Program-made: the position numbers and the translations under genes
Source of the DNA: Dipteris shenzhenensis
Taxonomy: Eukaryota
Assembly: GCA_047967505.1 (NCBI GenBank)
Contig: CM106538.1
DNA length: 64,000 bases
Direction: 5' to 3' (one strand)
Part shown: positions 37,061 through 47,708 of the stretch, piece by piece
Numbering within the stretch: the first letter of the stretch is position 1
Layout: the number at the start of each line of letters is the position of its first letter
Notes under the pieces: model-generated
Database searches by the model: none
What the model was told of the DNA's origin: nothing
Seen by the model: only the letters and a program-made list of their open reading frames with translations

Positions 37061-40000
37061 CCCATGCTGCTCTCTCTAGGGAGTAAATGCCACCTTCCCC
37101 TTTTGTCTAAGGGAGTGAATGATTTTTTGGAAGGAAGTGCTCTCTTGGTCACATATTGCAGATTCTTGGATTTGACTTCATATTCCAACAGTTACTAGGC
37201 AATTAATTCTTAGGGCCAAAGTGTGCAACAGGGGGGCCAAAGGAGTGTTGTAATTAAAAATTGATAATTTTAGCACAAGACTCCAAAAAGAGCCCAGAGC
37301 CCTTCTTTTGGATTCAGAAGGCCAAAATCAGTTCTAGGAGGAGCCAGGGCCAGTTCCAGTAGTGCATTCAGGGCCTGCTAAAGGAAATCGCATCTGCTCC
37401 AGGAGCCTGTTGCATATTGCAATTTCAGCCAGGGTATCCTTTGCAGATTGCGATTTCACTTCCAAGACCTCCGGGCTGTGCCAGGTGACTACGTCTTGTT
37501 CTGGAGCTATTTCCAGGTGTTTTCAGGCTGCTACAGGGAATTGCGATTTGTTTCCAGGTGTTCCCAGGTTGTCCAGGCTGCCATAGGAGATTGCGATTTG
37601 CTTCAGGCTGTCCAGGCTTTGCAGGGAAACTTACGATTTTTTTTCTAGAGTCTTCCGGGTGTTGTAGCTGATTTTGGTAACTTTCCAGGCGTGGGTGTTC
37701 ACTTCTAAGTTGCTGTTGGGGTTGTGCCATGGTAGAAATAGCTTTTCTCTGTAGGATCTAGGGTTTTCCAGCCTCGGGTGACCTTTCTTCTATGGATATT
37801 GGGTAGAAGAAGGCTTGTCTCGCCTGATTGGTTGCTGGCTAGTTATTGTGTTTGGGTTTCTTTCCTCGCGATCCTTTTGGGTTTCTTTCCTCGCGATCCC
37901 ATTGAAGCGGCTAATCCTTCGGATACAGCTACACTTCCCGAATCTAGGGAGGGAACCTATCTTCATCCCTCAGACTTCCCGGACCTAGAGAACTTGATCT
38001 TCGTTTATGAACCTGTCCATCGTGACGTACCTTCGGGACTCTTCATCGTATATGTGCTATGCTTAGTGTTGGAACCGAAAAGAATGAAGAGTGTTCCGAG
38101 ATTTGTTACCCCATCCCCCAATCCAATTCCGACTAGATCCGATTTCGTGTGACTTCATGGTGAACATGATCTGCCACCCCTCAAGTATGTAAGATATGTT
38201 TCTTTTCACCGTTCGAATCCCATTCAGTGCAATGCACGTAATTGCCAGTGCCGTTGAAAACTAGTGTTTTCCCTGTAAGGAGAAGCGCTATGCGCCCTGT
38301 TGAAAGGTTGATTTAGGCTGTTGGGCAGTGGCGACGGAGGCTATAGATTGAGGCAACCCGTTTGGAAGTGCTTTGTCGATTGATTGCACCAGAGTTTGGC
38401 TGTTGAGGTCTTTGTCTTGCAGTTGCTCAGCTGTGTTTGGTTGGTTGGGCACTTGGTCGTGCAATTGCAGGCGTGGCTCAGACAGTGGATGCTATTGGGG
38501 TCTCTGTTGCATGCTTTGGTTGGGTGAGGATACATGATTGTCTAGTGATTGGATGCCGTTCATCGTTTGAAGTTGAGCAGGGAATTACAGGGTGGGCTGG
38601 ACGGGAAGTCTGCGGGCGTTGGTTTTCCTGTGGTGCAGCTTCCCAGAGACCTTTGTAATCAGCCGCTTGGCTTCAAATGAATGTTAAATAAATACCGCGA
38701 GGGGTGCCAACGTTTGGGGCCAATTGGTGTCCTTGTTTCTAAGTAGGAGCACTCTAGCTCCCCTGTGATTTATTCTGTGGTGCATATTGTTTGCCAATTT
38801 GTTGTGTATGCTGAATTAAGTGGATCCTACCACCCTTTACGTTGTTGAGGCTGGTTTCAACCACCTAGGTATGCTATGCGACCGGCAAGAGGTTGAGTCA
38901 AAGGAGCACTTTGCACTTCGATGCCGAGTGTACTACGAGATCCGTGGTCACTATCATTGTCTCTTTTGGGCCCCTCTCCAGACTCCGTTCGTATCCAAAC
39001 GTGGGGTGCCTTGTTGCTTTGATTCATGAGGCGGTTCGACATAGAGAGCACTTACTTAGGATACAGAGGCAGGCCTTAGACACATTGCCTGACTCTTCTC
39101 AGAGCAGGATCACGGAGTTCTTCCACACAGTCATCGATTGCAGGCGTAGTAGGGACCGGAGCCCATACTCGACAACGGACAGACACATAGATCACATTGG
39201 GTGACCTCCCATCCTTGTTTAGCACACCCCACAGGTGTTACAGTAGCCTTGGTTAGGAGCAGAGCCACGGCCAGGAGATCAAGACGCACAACGTCCACAG
39301 ACAGTCGCCAACGCGTCATCACTAGCTACGCATCAGCAGGACCTCGTCCCCTCAGGCCGCATTGTGCTGGCCAAAGCCAGCATGGCCTGGTGATGTGGAT
39401 TGATTGACATGATAATGAGAATTGTGATGATGATGATGATGATGATGATGATGTCATTTTATTGATGACATGACTATGCACTACTTAGCACTTAGCATTC
39501 GGCATGGGTGACCCTTTCTACTTGTTGATTAGGTTTTCTACCAGTCTCATAGACCCATCGGTCTTGCGTAGACTATGATAAACTTTGTCTCTCTCTCTCT
39601 CTCTCTCTCTCCCTTCCTGTCTCTCCCTTCCACTCTTCTATCGCCTCTCTAATCTGCCCGTAACCCATTTTCTACACAAAGGAATTGTTGCAAGGTATGC
39701 AAGTGAATGGTACCAGGTATCTGTTTCATAAGTGCAATGTGCTTTTGCAAGTTGCTCGTGTTGTGAGGTAGGAACTGTCGCATGATTCAGCGTGTAGGAT
39801 GTAGGTATTCAATTCGCAGCACTCAGTGCATGCAACCCCCAAAGGGTGAAGGAGCTGCAAAAGGGAGCGGGGGGGGCTGCTCTGGGTTGCCTGTGAATGA
39901 ATTGGAGTGAATTGGAATCCCTGGTTTGTTTGAGAACATAGTGGTATACTGCTATAATAAATTCACTAGAACATGAGGCCTGTAGAGGGCAACAGGGTGG

Positions 40001-41909
40001 GTGGAGCTATTGCAAAGCCCCTGTAGGGAGTTTTCTTTCATGACCACGTTGTTATGTGATTGATTATTGGAATCCAAACCCACCTGCATTAACTGCAATG
40101 CAGGACTGGGTGTTAGGGCAATCCTCTAGAAACGCACGTAGATCAGGTTCAGATCAAGGTTGAGTGATTGGGCAGTCACCGTGCATGAATTGCTGTGGCA
40201 GAACTGCCTGGTATCGTTGCGAGATGTTAGTTGCAGTAGATGAAAGCCTGCTTCAGGTTATTTGCCGGTAGAAAGCTGGTGTCATTTGCTGCTCTGACAT
40301 TGCAGCTGCAGTAAAACTTAAATTCTGATTAAAGGCCTGGGTAGCAGTGCTCATAGGGTGTGGGATTGCAAGCGCTTCTGATGGGGAGCTGCAAACAATC
40401 ACAATTTTCCGTGAGGATCATGATGTTTCGCAGGACCTATCTTAGGTGGAAGGCTCTAGGAAGCACAAAAGCAAAAGGCTTTTGTGAGCTTTTGGCAAAA
40501 GCACACCAAATCAGGGTTGATTTTGAAAGCTTTAGAACCTGCTTTCTAAAAGCAAAGGGCCCAGGTTGCGAAAGACCCTTATATTGCCCTCATAGTAGCA
40601 GCCACAAGACACTTAAGTTCTAATGTGAACCAGCTTATTAAACCTCCACAGTAGACTGCGAACCAGCAAATAGCCCCACAGAAGGGAGCGAATGAGGAGG
40701 TGATTGCATCAAAGTTTGCAGCAGACTCTCTTTTACCTTTTTAGGCAGCGAATCGCATCTGCAGATTCCTCCTCTCTGAGCGCACTGTTTCTCTGCAGAT
40801 TCTGACCCAATGTCTTCTATTGTTCCTCCCCTATTTGCAGTTCTCTTTCGTCTCTTTCCACCTTCACATCCTCTTCTATTCCCCCACGTGAGTCTGAAGG
40901 AGCCGCATGCACATGAAAGTTGCAGCCAGCATGTCTCTTTGTGTCTCCACTGAAAAGAATTACGGAGAAGAGGGTGATTAGATTGATTTTGGTGAGGATA
41001 ATCTCATGAATGGAAAAGGAGCAACACCTGGAGATGAAGGCGTTTTATGAAACACAATTAAGGAACTGAAGGACCTGTTCACAATCTGAAAAGCACAGCT
41101 CATCATAAAACTCAAACGATTGCGGTGCTACAAGTCACAGTTTGATTGGACAATGCTAAACACCATGGATTTTCCTATATTACCCAAGATGTGTCCATAA
41201 CCCCTTTGGAGGTGAAGAAATCAAAACCATTTTATCAGCATATACTAGAATTGACATGAGGATGTTTACCAGTGAGTTCGGAATGTTTCTACTATCTAGA
41301 CTCATTTGGCACAAGCTGTTTACTCCCTATCTGATGATCCTAGCCATGCTTGCTCCCACACCTCTTCAGATCCATGTAGCTTTTGAGGCAATGACGTTCT
41401 TATGGAGGTGATGGGAGTATCAATTGTGAGCTTCCGTGGTTAGGCTTAACGGGCTGGTATACTCAGGTAGGTATGTTTGAGGGGAGGACTCTTGGATTCA
41501 TGATTTACCAGAAGTGACCCTTAATTGTAGACTAGATAGCCCAGGAGCACTACAATTATATGGGCGATTTTTTAACCACATTGTTTCCTTGATGGGACTC
41601 ACTGTGTAACTGAGGATAGGTATGATCCATGGTTGAGGCATGATGAATCCAGGACCAAAAATAGAGTTGGAAACCGTCCTCTTCTAGGCATAATGGGTTC
41701 TCATAGAAGCTTACATATTTTCGCTTCAGATAGACTTGAGACATATTGCTCCTTTTAGTCTGTTAATGAAGATGCAAAATGGTGTTGCTATCGAGGGGAT
41801 CGTTTCTTCAATTTGGTTTTAGACTGGTTGCTTTGAACTGGCTTCATAGAATTTCTCAAATTATGCTTTAAGAGTCTAAAGTGTTCTCAACCAGACTTTT
41901 GATATGCAG

Positions 41910-42103
41910 AGACAAGCAATGAAGGCATTCATCCATTTGGCCGACAATCTGAATCCCTCAGAGCTTCGCTGGTACAAGGATGTCATACTTGACTGTGTTA
42001 CCAGAAGCATAATTGGCTGTGGCGGTGAACTCTGGCCACTTGTGGTGGAAATGGCAGTGCAACTTGTGACTTGCATTGAGGGAACAAATCCACGTGCAAG
42101 ATG
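41910..42103 (+). CDS. TTI2: TTI2-like coding exon
   Basis: atgcag| acceptor; RQAMKAFIHLADNLNPSELRWYKDVILDCVTRSIIGCGGELWPLVVEMAVQLVTCIEGTNPRAR(W); TG|gtagtg donor, phase 2. Confidence 0.9.
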
Positions 42104-42341
42104 GTAGTGTTCAAATTGGCTTATTAGCACATTGTTTCTGTCTATATTCTGTGATGTTCAGGGTCCCATTTTTGCAGTCAATCCACCTTCTGTTTTTGCG
42201 TTGCTTTTCTTTTTGGACTGGTCTTCCGGTAGTAAGAGGAACTTCCAGCTGTTGTGTGTTTTGATGGTCAAGATGTAGAGAGGGGACACGAAGAAGATAC
42301 ACGTCTGTCAGATGATTAAGATTGAATTATTGTTCTAACAG

Positions 42342-42537
42342 GTATAGAAGTATCCTTCATGAGATGCTTGGAGAATTAGAGAGACATCAGAATGATGTAA
42401 ATTGGTGCAAAGTATGGCTGCAGCATAGCTCAAAACTATTTGAAGCAATGGGGCTTGTGCTTGTGGCACATTTCAAACGGTTGCTTCCAATCCTCTTCCT
42501 CTGGTTGCACACCCAGGATGACACAACTCAATTACTG
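42342..42537 (+). CDS. TTI2: TTI2-like coding exon
   Basis: ctaacag|G completes Trp; YRSILHEMLGELERH...MGLVLVAHFKRLLPILFLWLHTQDDTTQLL; CTG|gttcag donor. Confidence 0.9.
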
Positions 42538-42666
42538 GTTCAGAATCTCAAACTTTCCTCCTGTTATTTCATCGATTCATCTGTTTCAAAGCCTGTATTT
42601 AGATTTCTTGAGGATGCAGTACACGTCAAGAATTTATAGGTGTTCTTGGTGTTATGACCTTTACAG

Positions 42667-42731
42667 GTACTGAGGACGTTTTGTACAATCATTACGAACA
42701 CATGGCCCCGAATGCCTTACCATGCTGAAAG
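42667..42731 (+). CDS. TTI2: TTI2-like coding exon
   Basis: ttacag| acceptor; VLRTFCTIITNTWPRMPYHAE(R), with the Tti2-type TWPR motif; AG|gtgcat donor, phase 2. Confidence 0.88.
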
Positions 42732-43120
42732 GTGCATGTTTAGATATTCAATTGTTTTGACTTGTCACTTTACCTCAGTGCTATGTATCTTGATGGTACT
42801 GTATATGGTTTTTTATTCCTGTCACAACCACTTAGACCTATGCATAGTTTCTCTCGAGTGCGTTTAGTGGTGGTTTTACTGTTTACAACTGTAGAGCATA
42901 TAAATATCTTACTGAAAATAATCTTACAGCAACTTCCGTGGGCAGCACTTTAGTTTCCTTTTGATAGATAAACAATCTTTGTTCACCTTATATAATTGTG
43001 CATTTTATCAATAGAGGAGAGATCATTGCAAAACATTTCTCATGAGTGACTTGAGTAGTTTTCCTCTGTATGTATGGTGCAGCATAACATCTTACACATG
43101 AAGGTCTGTTTCTATCTCAG

Positions 43121-43222
43121 GTTGTGGCACGAGCTTACACTTACATATAGAGAGTCTTGGGAGAGAACCTCTGGTTCAGATATTCGTTCTGCTGTAATTG
43201 AAGTTTGTGGACTTTTGAAACT
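43121..43222 (+). CDS. TTI2: TTI2-like coding exon
   Basis: tctcag|G; LWHELTLTYRESWERTSGSDIRSAVIEVCGLLK(L); CT|gtaagt donor; phases consistent with neighbours. Confidence 0.85.
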
Positions 43223-43599
43223 GTAAGTATATCCAATAACTGCTTAAGTATTGACATCAAAAGTTGATGGGCAAACCAGCTTTGTGTTTGCCAAAAAACA
43301 TGTGCCTTAGGATCATTACCTACAGTATAAGACAACATCTTTAAGCTTGATAGGTAAGATGATAAAGTACCCACTACTTTCATGTTCTTCACTGCATGGC
43401 ATATGTGTCAGCCCAAAGTATTTATAAGCATCATCTCAGGATCTTTCCATGGTGGGATATGCATATACGGAAGCTGTTCTGTCTAAATATTTAGCTGATC
43501 CTGCTCCTAATTGCTAGTGTTGCTGTATATAAATAACAATGCCCAGTATTTTTTCAAAGGACAAATATAAAAAACAACAGATATTTTCAAAATGTGTAG

Positions 43600-43708
43600 G
43601 TGTGCTGGGCCTGAGCTTGAAGCAGCAAGGCAGAAAGATGGAGCTGATCCCACCGAAGATTCTTTGAGTTTGGCTTTGGATCATTTAGCTGGAGCTAGAG
43701 AAAGTTGA
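43600..43708 (+). CDS. TTI2: TTI2-like terminal coding exon
   Basis: tgtag|G completes Leu; CAGPELEAARQKDGADPTEDSLSLALDHLAGARES, then TGA at 43706-43708. Confidence 0.8.
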
Positions 43709-44756
43709 CACTCTTCATTGTGTATTCACGAAAAATGGTAAGTTGGCACCTACATTGACATACACGATACACACAGAAGCCTACTCATTGTGCTCTTTCT
43801 TTCCCAATCACAGGCCAAAGATGCAGTGTTTTTTTGAAATGGTCTCATTAAAATAGCAATTGTTGATCATTTATATACGCTTGTGTTTTCCACATAATCC
43901 TATGATACAACATTCAAGTCAAAGCCTTACCGTTTGGGTTCTTGCTTTTTGTGTGTCTGCTTTAACAGGGGCATTTATCTTCTATCATAAGTTAATCCAT
44001 AAAGTAGTGACCTTTTATCTTTATAAGTTAATCCATCAACTGGCATGCATTGCCATATTCAAATTATTTTGATTCTCTGCAGGTGCAAAGGATTGTGTGT
44101 TCCATAAGAGGTCACTTACAAGCTTGCCAATTGCATAGTGGCACCATTTGTAAGAGGCGTACAATAAGAGCCATGTATGGTATTAGACTCTAAAGACTCC
44201 TAATTTTTTAGAGGTGTAAGAGGCATAAATTTTGATTTAATTTATTATCTTTTTTAGGAGGGAGCAAACCTAAAACAATATCAGAAGAAAAATGATGAGT
44301 ACCTGCTCCTCCTCCCTGTCATCTGCTGCTTCCTAGCCTTGATACCCTCCCCGTCCGCTCCCCTCCCATACTCCACCTGCTTGGCCTCTGTGGGCTCCCA
44401 TCCCATGCTGCTATACGGCCTCCCCCAGCCGCAGCTTTGCCTTTGGCCCCTGTCCGCTCCTTTCCCATACTGCTGTAGGGCTTCCACCCACATCTGCCCT
44501 GGCCTTTTGCCCTCAACTGCGGCCGCACGCCCTTGCTTCTCCCTTTTTTCCGTGCAATAGTGCTTGAAAATCAACCATACAAATCAGCAATCCAAAAAGC
44601 GCTGATCATGGGAAAAAGAAGAGGCACACAGCTAGCTGTCAGAAAAGCCACCTTGTTTCAGAGAACTCAGCTCATGGCCTAGGGAATCTATATATATACC
44701 GCAAGAGGTATTCGCTGGTTGTATAGACCTCCTCCATGGCTGTTAGCCCTTGTTCC

Positions 44757-44761
<5 letters not shown>

Positions 44762-44828
<67 letters not shown>
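44762..44828. repeat. (TA)n(GA)n compound microsatellite
   Basis: Directly visible; abuts a LINE 3' end. Confidence 0.95.
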
Positions 44829-44832
<4 letters not shown>

Positions 44833-45275
44833 TTAAAGTCTTCAGAAGACCGATGGGTCTATGAGACTGTGAAAATCCTGATACAAGCGAGCTGTGAGGG
44901 TGGAGCTACTAAATGAGCATCCACACCAATGCAGAATGCAAAAAAATGCAAAATGGTAGTACTAAGTACTGAGTACAACATAGTCATGTCGGTGGTCGAC
45001 TACGTATCAGTCACATCATCATCATCATCATCATCATCAAGACATCAGGGGTGGATGAGGCTCTGGAAGCATGAAGTCAACGATAGAGTGCTGTCGACCA
45101 CTCGAGGGTGCAGTCCTGTGACGTCTCCTGGTCATAGCTCTATGAATAACAAGGGCTACAGTAACTCCTGTCGGCTGTGCTTTGACGCGAAACATGGAGG
45201 AAATATCCCCAAGTGTAATATGCGCGCCCGTCCTTTGTCTATGCTATCAAGTCACTGGCTCTGGGTCCCGATCAG
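44829..45275 (-). mobile_element. 5'-truncated RTE-X-like family 1 copy a
   Basis: HITLGDI, PTGVTVALV, (GAT)n and conserved 3' end AGTCTCATAGACCCATCGGTCT. Confidence 0.85.
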
Positions 45276-45307
45276 GAGGGGGGGAGAGAAAGAAAGAAAG
45301 AAAGAAA

Positions 45308-45784
45308 TTTTATTAGAGTCTTCGGAAGACCGATGGGTCTATGAGACTGAAAGAAAACCTGATACAAATCATAGTAAGGGTGGAGCTACGAAAACGAGCA
45401 TCATCACCCGTGCTGAATCCTAAGTCTGATCATACATAATCAAATACATCTGAGTGTGACAATGAAAAGAAAAAAGACTGGAGCAGAGCGGAATCCTCTG
45501 TATGTTATGTCGCCCTGGTTGGTGCATAGCTGGTGATGGGACGCTGGCCTCAAGGGGTGCCGTGCATCTCGGTCTCCTGGACGAGGCTCGACGCAAGACT
45601 AGAGCCACCGTGACTCCCGTGGGACGTATCCCGAATCTAAACAATGACAGGAGGTCCCCCAGAGTGATCTGTGTGTCCCCTCGATGTCTCGTCGGGTCGG
45701 GGTCTGTGTCACGTCTGCGGCTAGAGACTGGACGATCAATGTCACTCAATGGGAAGAACCCTGTGATCTTGCTTTGAGAGGTGT

Positions 45785-45788
<4 letters not shown>
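45308..45788 (-). mobile_element. 5'-truncated RTE-X-like family 1 copy b
   Basis: QSKITGFF, QITLGDLL, PTGVTVALV, conserved 3' end, (TTTC)n tail. Confidence 0.85.
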
Positions 45789-45849
<61 letters not shown>

Positions 45850-45852
<3 letters not shown>

Positions 45853-46430
45853 ACTAAAGTCTTCGGAAGACCGATGGGTCTATGAGACTGTGAGAATTCT
45901 GATACAAACAAAGCGTGAGGGTGGAGCTACTAAATGAGCATTCACACTAATGTAGAATGCAAAAAGCTAGTGCTAAGTACTACATAGTCATGTTAGAGTG
46001 GTACGACTACACATCAGTATCATCATCATCATCATCGTCATCATCATCATTGTCATCATCCTTCCTCCTGCTCATCATCAGTTCATCTAGGTGGATGAGA
46101 CAACGGAAGCATGAAGTCGGCGATAGAGTGCTGTCGGCTGCTCATGGGCGTGGTCTTGTGTCGTCTCTTGGTCATAGCTCTGCGCCTAACAAGGGCTATA
46201 GTGACCCCTGTCGGTTGAGTTTCGGAGAGGGGATATCCCCAAGTGTAATTTGTGCGTCAACCCTCTGTTTGAGCTATTGTCTCACTGGCTCTGGATCTCG
46301 ATCGTGTCGGGGCCTCGTAGTATGGGGGTCCACATGCTCTGGCTGGAAGAACTCCATGATCAAGCTCTGAGAAGGGTCTACCAAGGAGGAGGTCTGCTCC
46401 TGTCTCCGAGACTGAGTAGACGCTCGCGGT
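45850..46430 (-). mobile_element. 5'-truncated RTE-X-like family 1 copy c
   Basis: QSLIMEFF, QITLGDI, PTGVTIALV, (GAT)n, conserved 3' end, (TC)n tail at 45789-45849. Confidence 0.85.
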
Positions 46431-46450
46431 GAGAGAAAGAAAGAAAGAAA

Positions 46451-47708
46451 GTCATATTAACGTCCGCAGGAGACCTCACGGCTCTATGGAACAAAGTACA
46501 AAATGTCAAAAAGACTTACAACATCTGGTAAGCCAGAGGGTCGAGGAGTGCACATGGCATCTCAGCTCGATTATCATATCACACCAATACATACTAGGAC
46601 TATAAAACTAATAGAAGTGGCCTTCATAACATCAGTTTAAGAGTGAGAGCCTTTAGGTTTAGATTTGAAATCTCTAATTAGTGTTGTTCCATCTCGATAC
46701 ACAGTCCATTTTCCAGCTTTATGTGCATCTTTCATTTATGTGAGCTTGACACTCCTCTGCTTGAGCTGAGTTAAGGTGAATTCCTCAGAGATCCAAATCC
46801 TTGTGCCCTTCAACTTGTTTGTTTGTCAAAGAATCTTAATTCTTCTCGCTCTCTCCTTGAAAAGCACTTGTACTTGCATTCTTGTTTGGGAGACACAGCT
46901 GATATCGTTATGATCCCACTCTACTTGTGGTATTTCCTTCTTGAGCCATGCAATCCTCTCATTTGCTGTGTAAACTTCTTCTTCATTAAAAAGGCCAAGG
47001 CGATCCTTGGGCAGTCCTCCAATACGTAGTATCTTCTTATTAGGTGCTATAGCCTGCTGCTCTTTTACTTCTGTGTACAAATCCACTTTATTGAGTTTGC
47101 TTTCCGCAACAATAGCCATCTCTTCCTCGGCTGAACTCACCTGGGCGTTGATCATTTCCTTGACCTTGGAGACAAGAGTTGGAGCTGGTGGAAATGTGCT
47201 GAATTTCTCCATAGCTTCTGCAATAATTTCTTGCTTGCCTTTGTTCTCCATCTCGTTCACCTTCTGCTAAGAGCTGCAACTAGTAGCCTGAGCTCTCTGA
47301 CTTCATGCTCCAAGTGGTAAATGTGCTCCTGATGGTCTAATCTGATCCTTTTCCTGTAGGTCAAAGCATAGGGACTGGGTGTTGCTGCAATGTCTGAGTA
47401 AGAGGGCTTACTGACGGGGGTCGTGGTGAAAGTCTTCACCTTCAGGAAATCCATGGTGGCCTTGCAGATTCTCCAAGCCCTTCACTGAAGCTAACCCCCC
47501 AGGCTGAGCCAAGGGCTCAGCTCAGCCGGGGGTAACAAGCTGTATGGAGGCCGACGACCTGTATACGGGCTAGGTGGTACGGACAAGCTGTGTATGGCGA
47601 CCTGCTGTACGGTGCTGTTGAATGGCCTGTTGTACGGGCGGCGCTGATGTACGGGCTGATGTATGGGCTGCTGTACGGGCTGAGCAGAGAGCTGAGCGGG
47701 TGAGGGAG

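Larger units (their letters stand above)
35466..38859 (+). mobile_element. Solo LTR of the gypsy B/C family with nested fragments
   Basis: Starts TGTCACGAGGACGTGAAATT (cf. TGTCACGGGGGCGTGAAATT at 52322 on the minus strand), ends GGCTGGTTTCA; TSD ACCGC/ACCAC. Confidence 0.85.
32940..39610 (+). mobile_element. RTE-X-like LINE family 1, near-complete ORF2 (degenerate), split by a solo LTR
   Basis: EN remnant (FTCFPHGGGSSVV), RT (GVKQGCLLSPTLFGLYID; LLYIDD), IPREYR|LxMLCDRQEVESKEHFALRC rejoined across 35466-38859; (GAT)n, 3' stem-loop, (TC)n tail at ~39588-39611. Confidence 0.88.

Noticed and set aside
38205-38225. GTTCGAATCCC tRNA T-loop/B-box motif
   Set aside because: I could not build an acceptor stem, D arm or anticodon arm around it.
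39620-41800. Possible extra TTI2 exon or retroelement protease remnant
   Set aside because: The protein is continuous between 16076 and 41910 without it, and the protease-like traces near 41115-41420 are too weak to call.
44837-45889. Three near-identical 32-bp palindromic repeats resembling CRISPR repeats
   Set aside because: Spacing is ~480-540 bp, the 'spacers' are homologous LINE 3' ends, there are no cas genes, and the context is eukaryotic.
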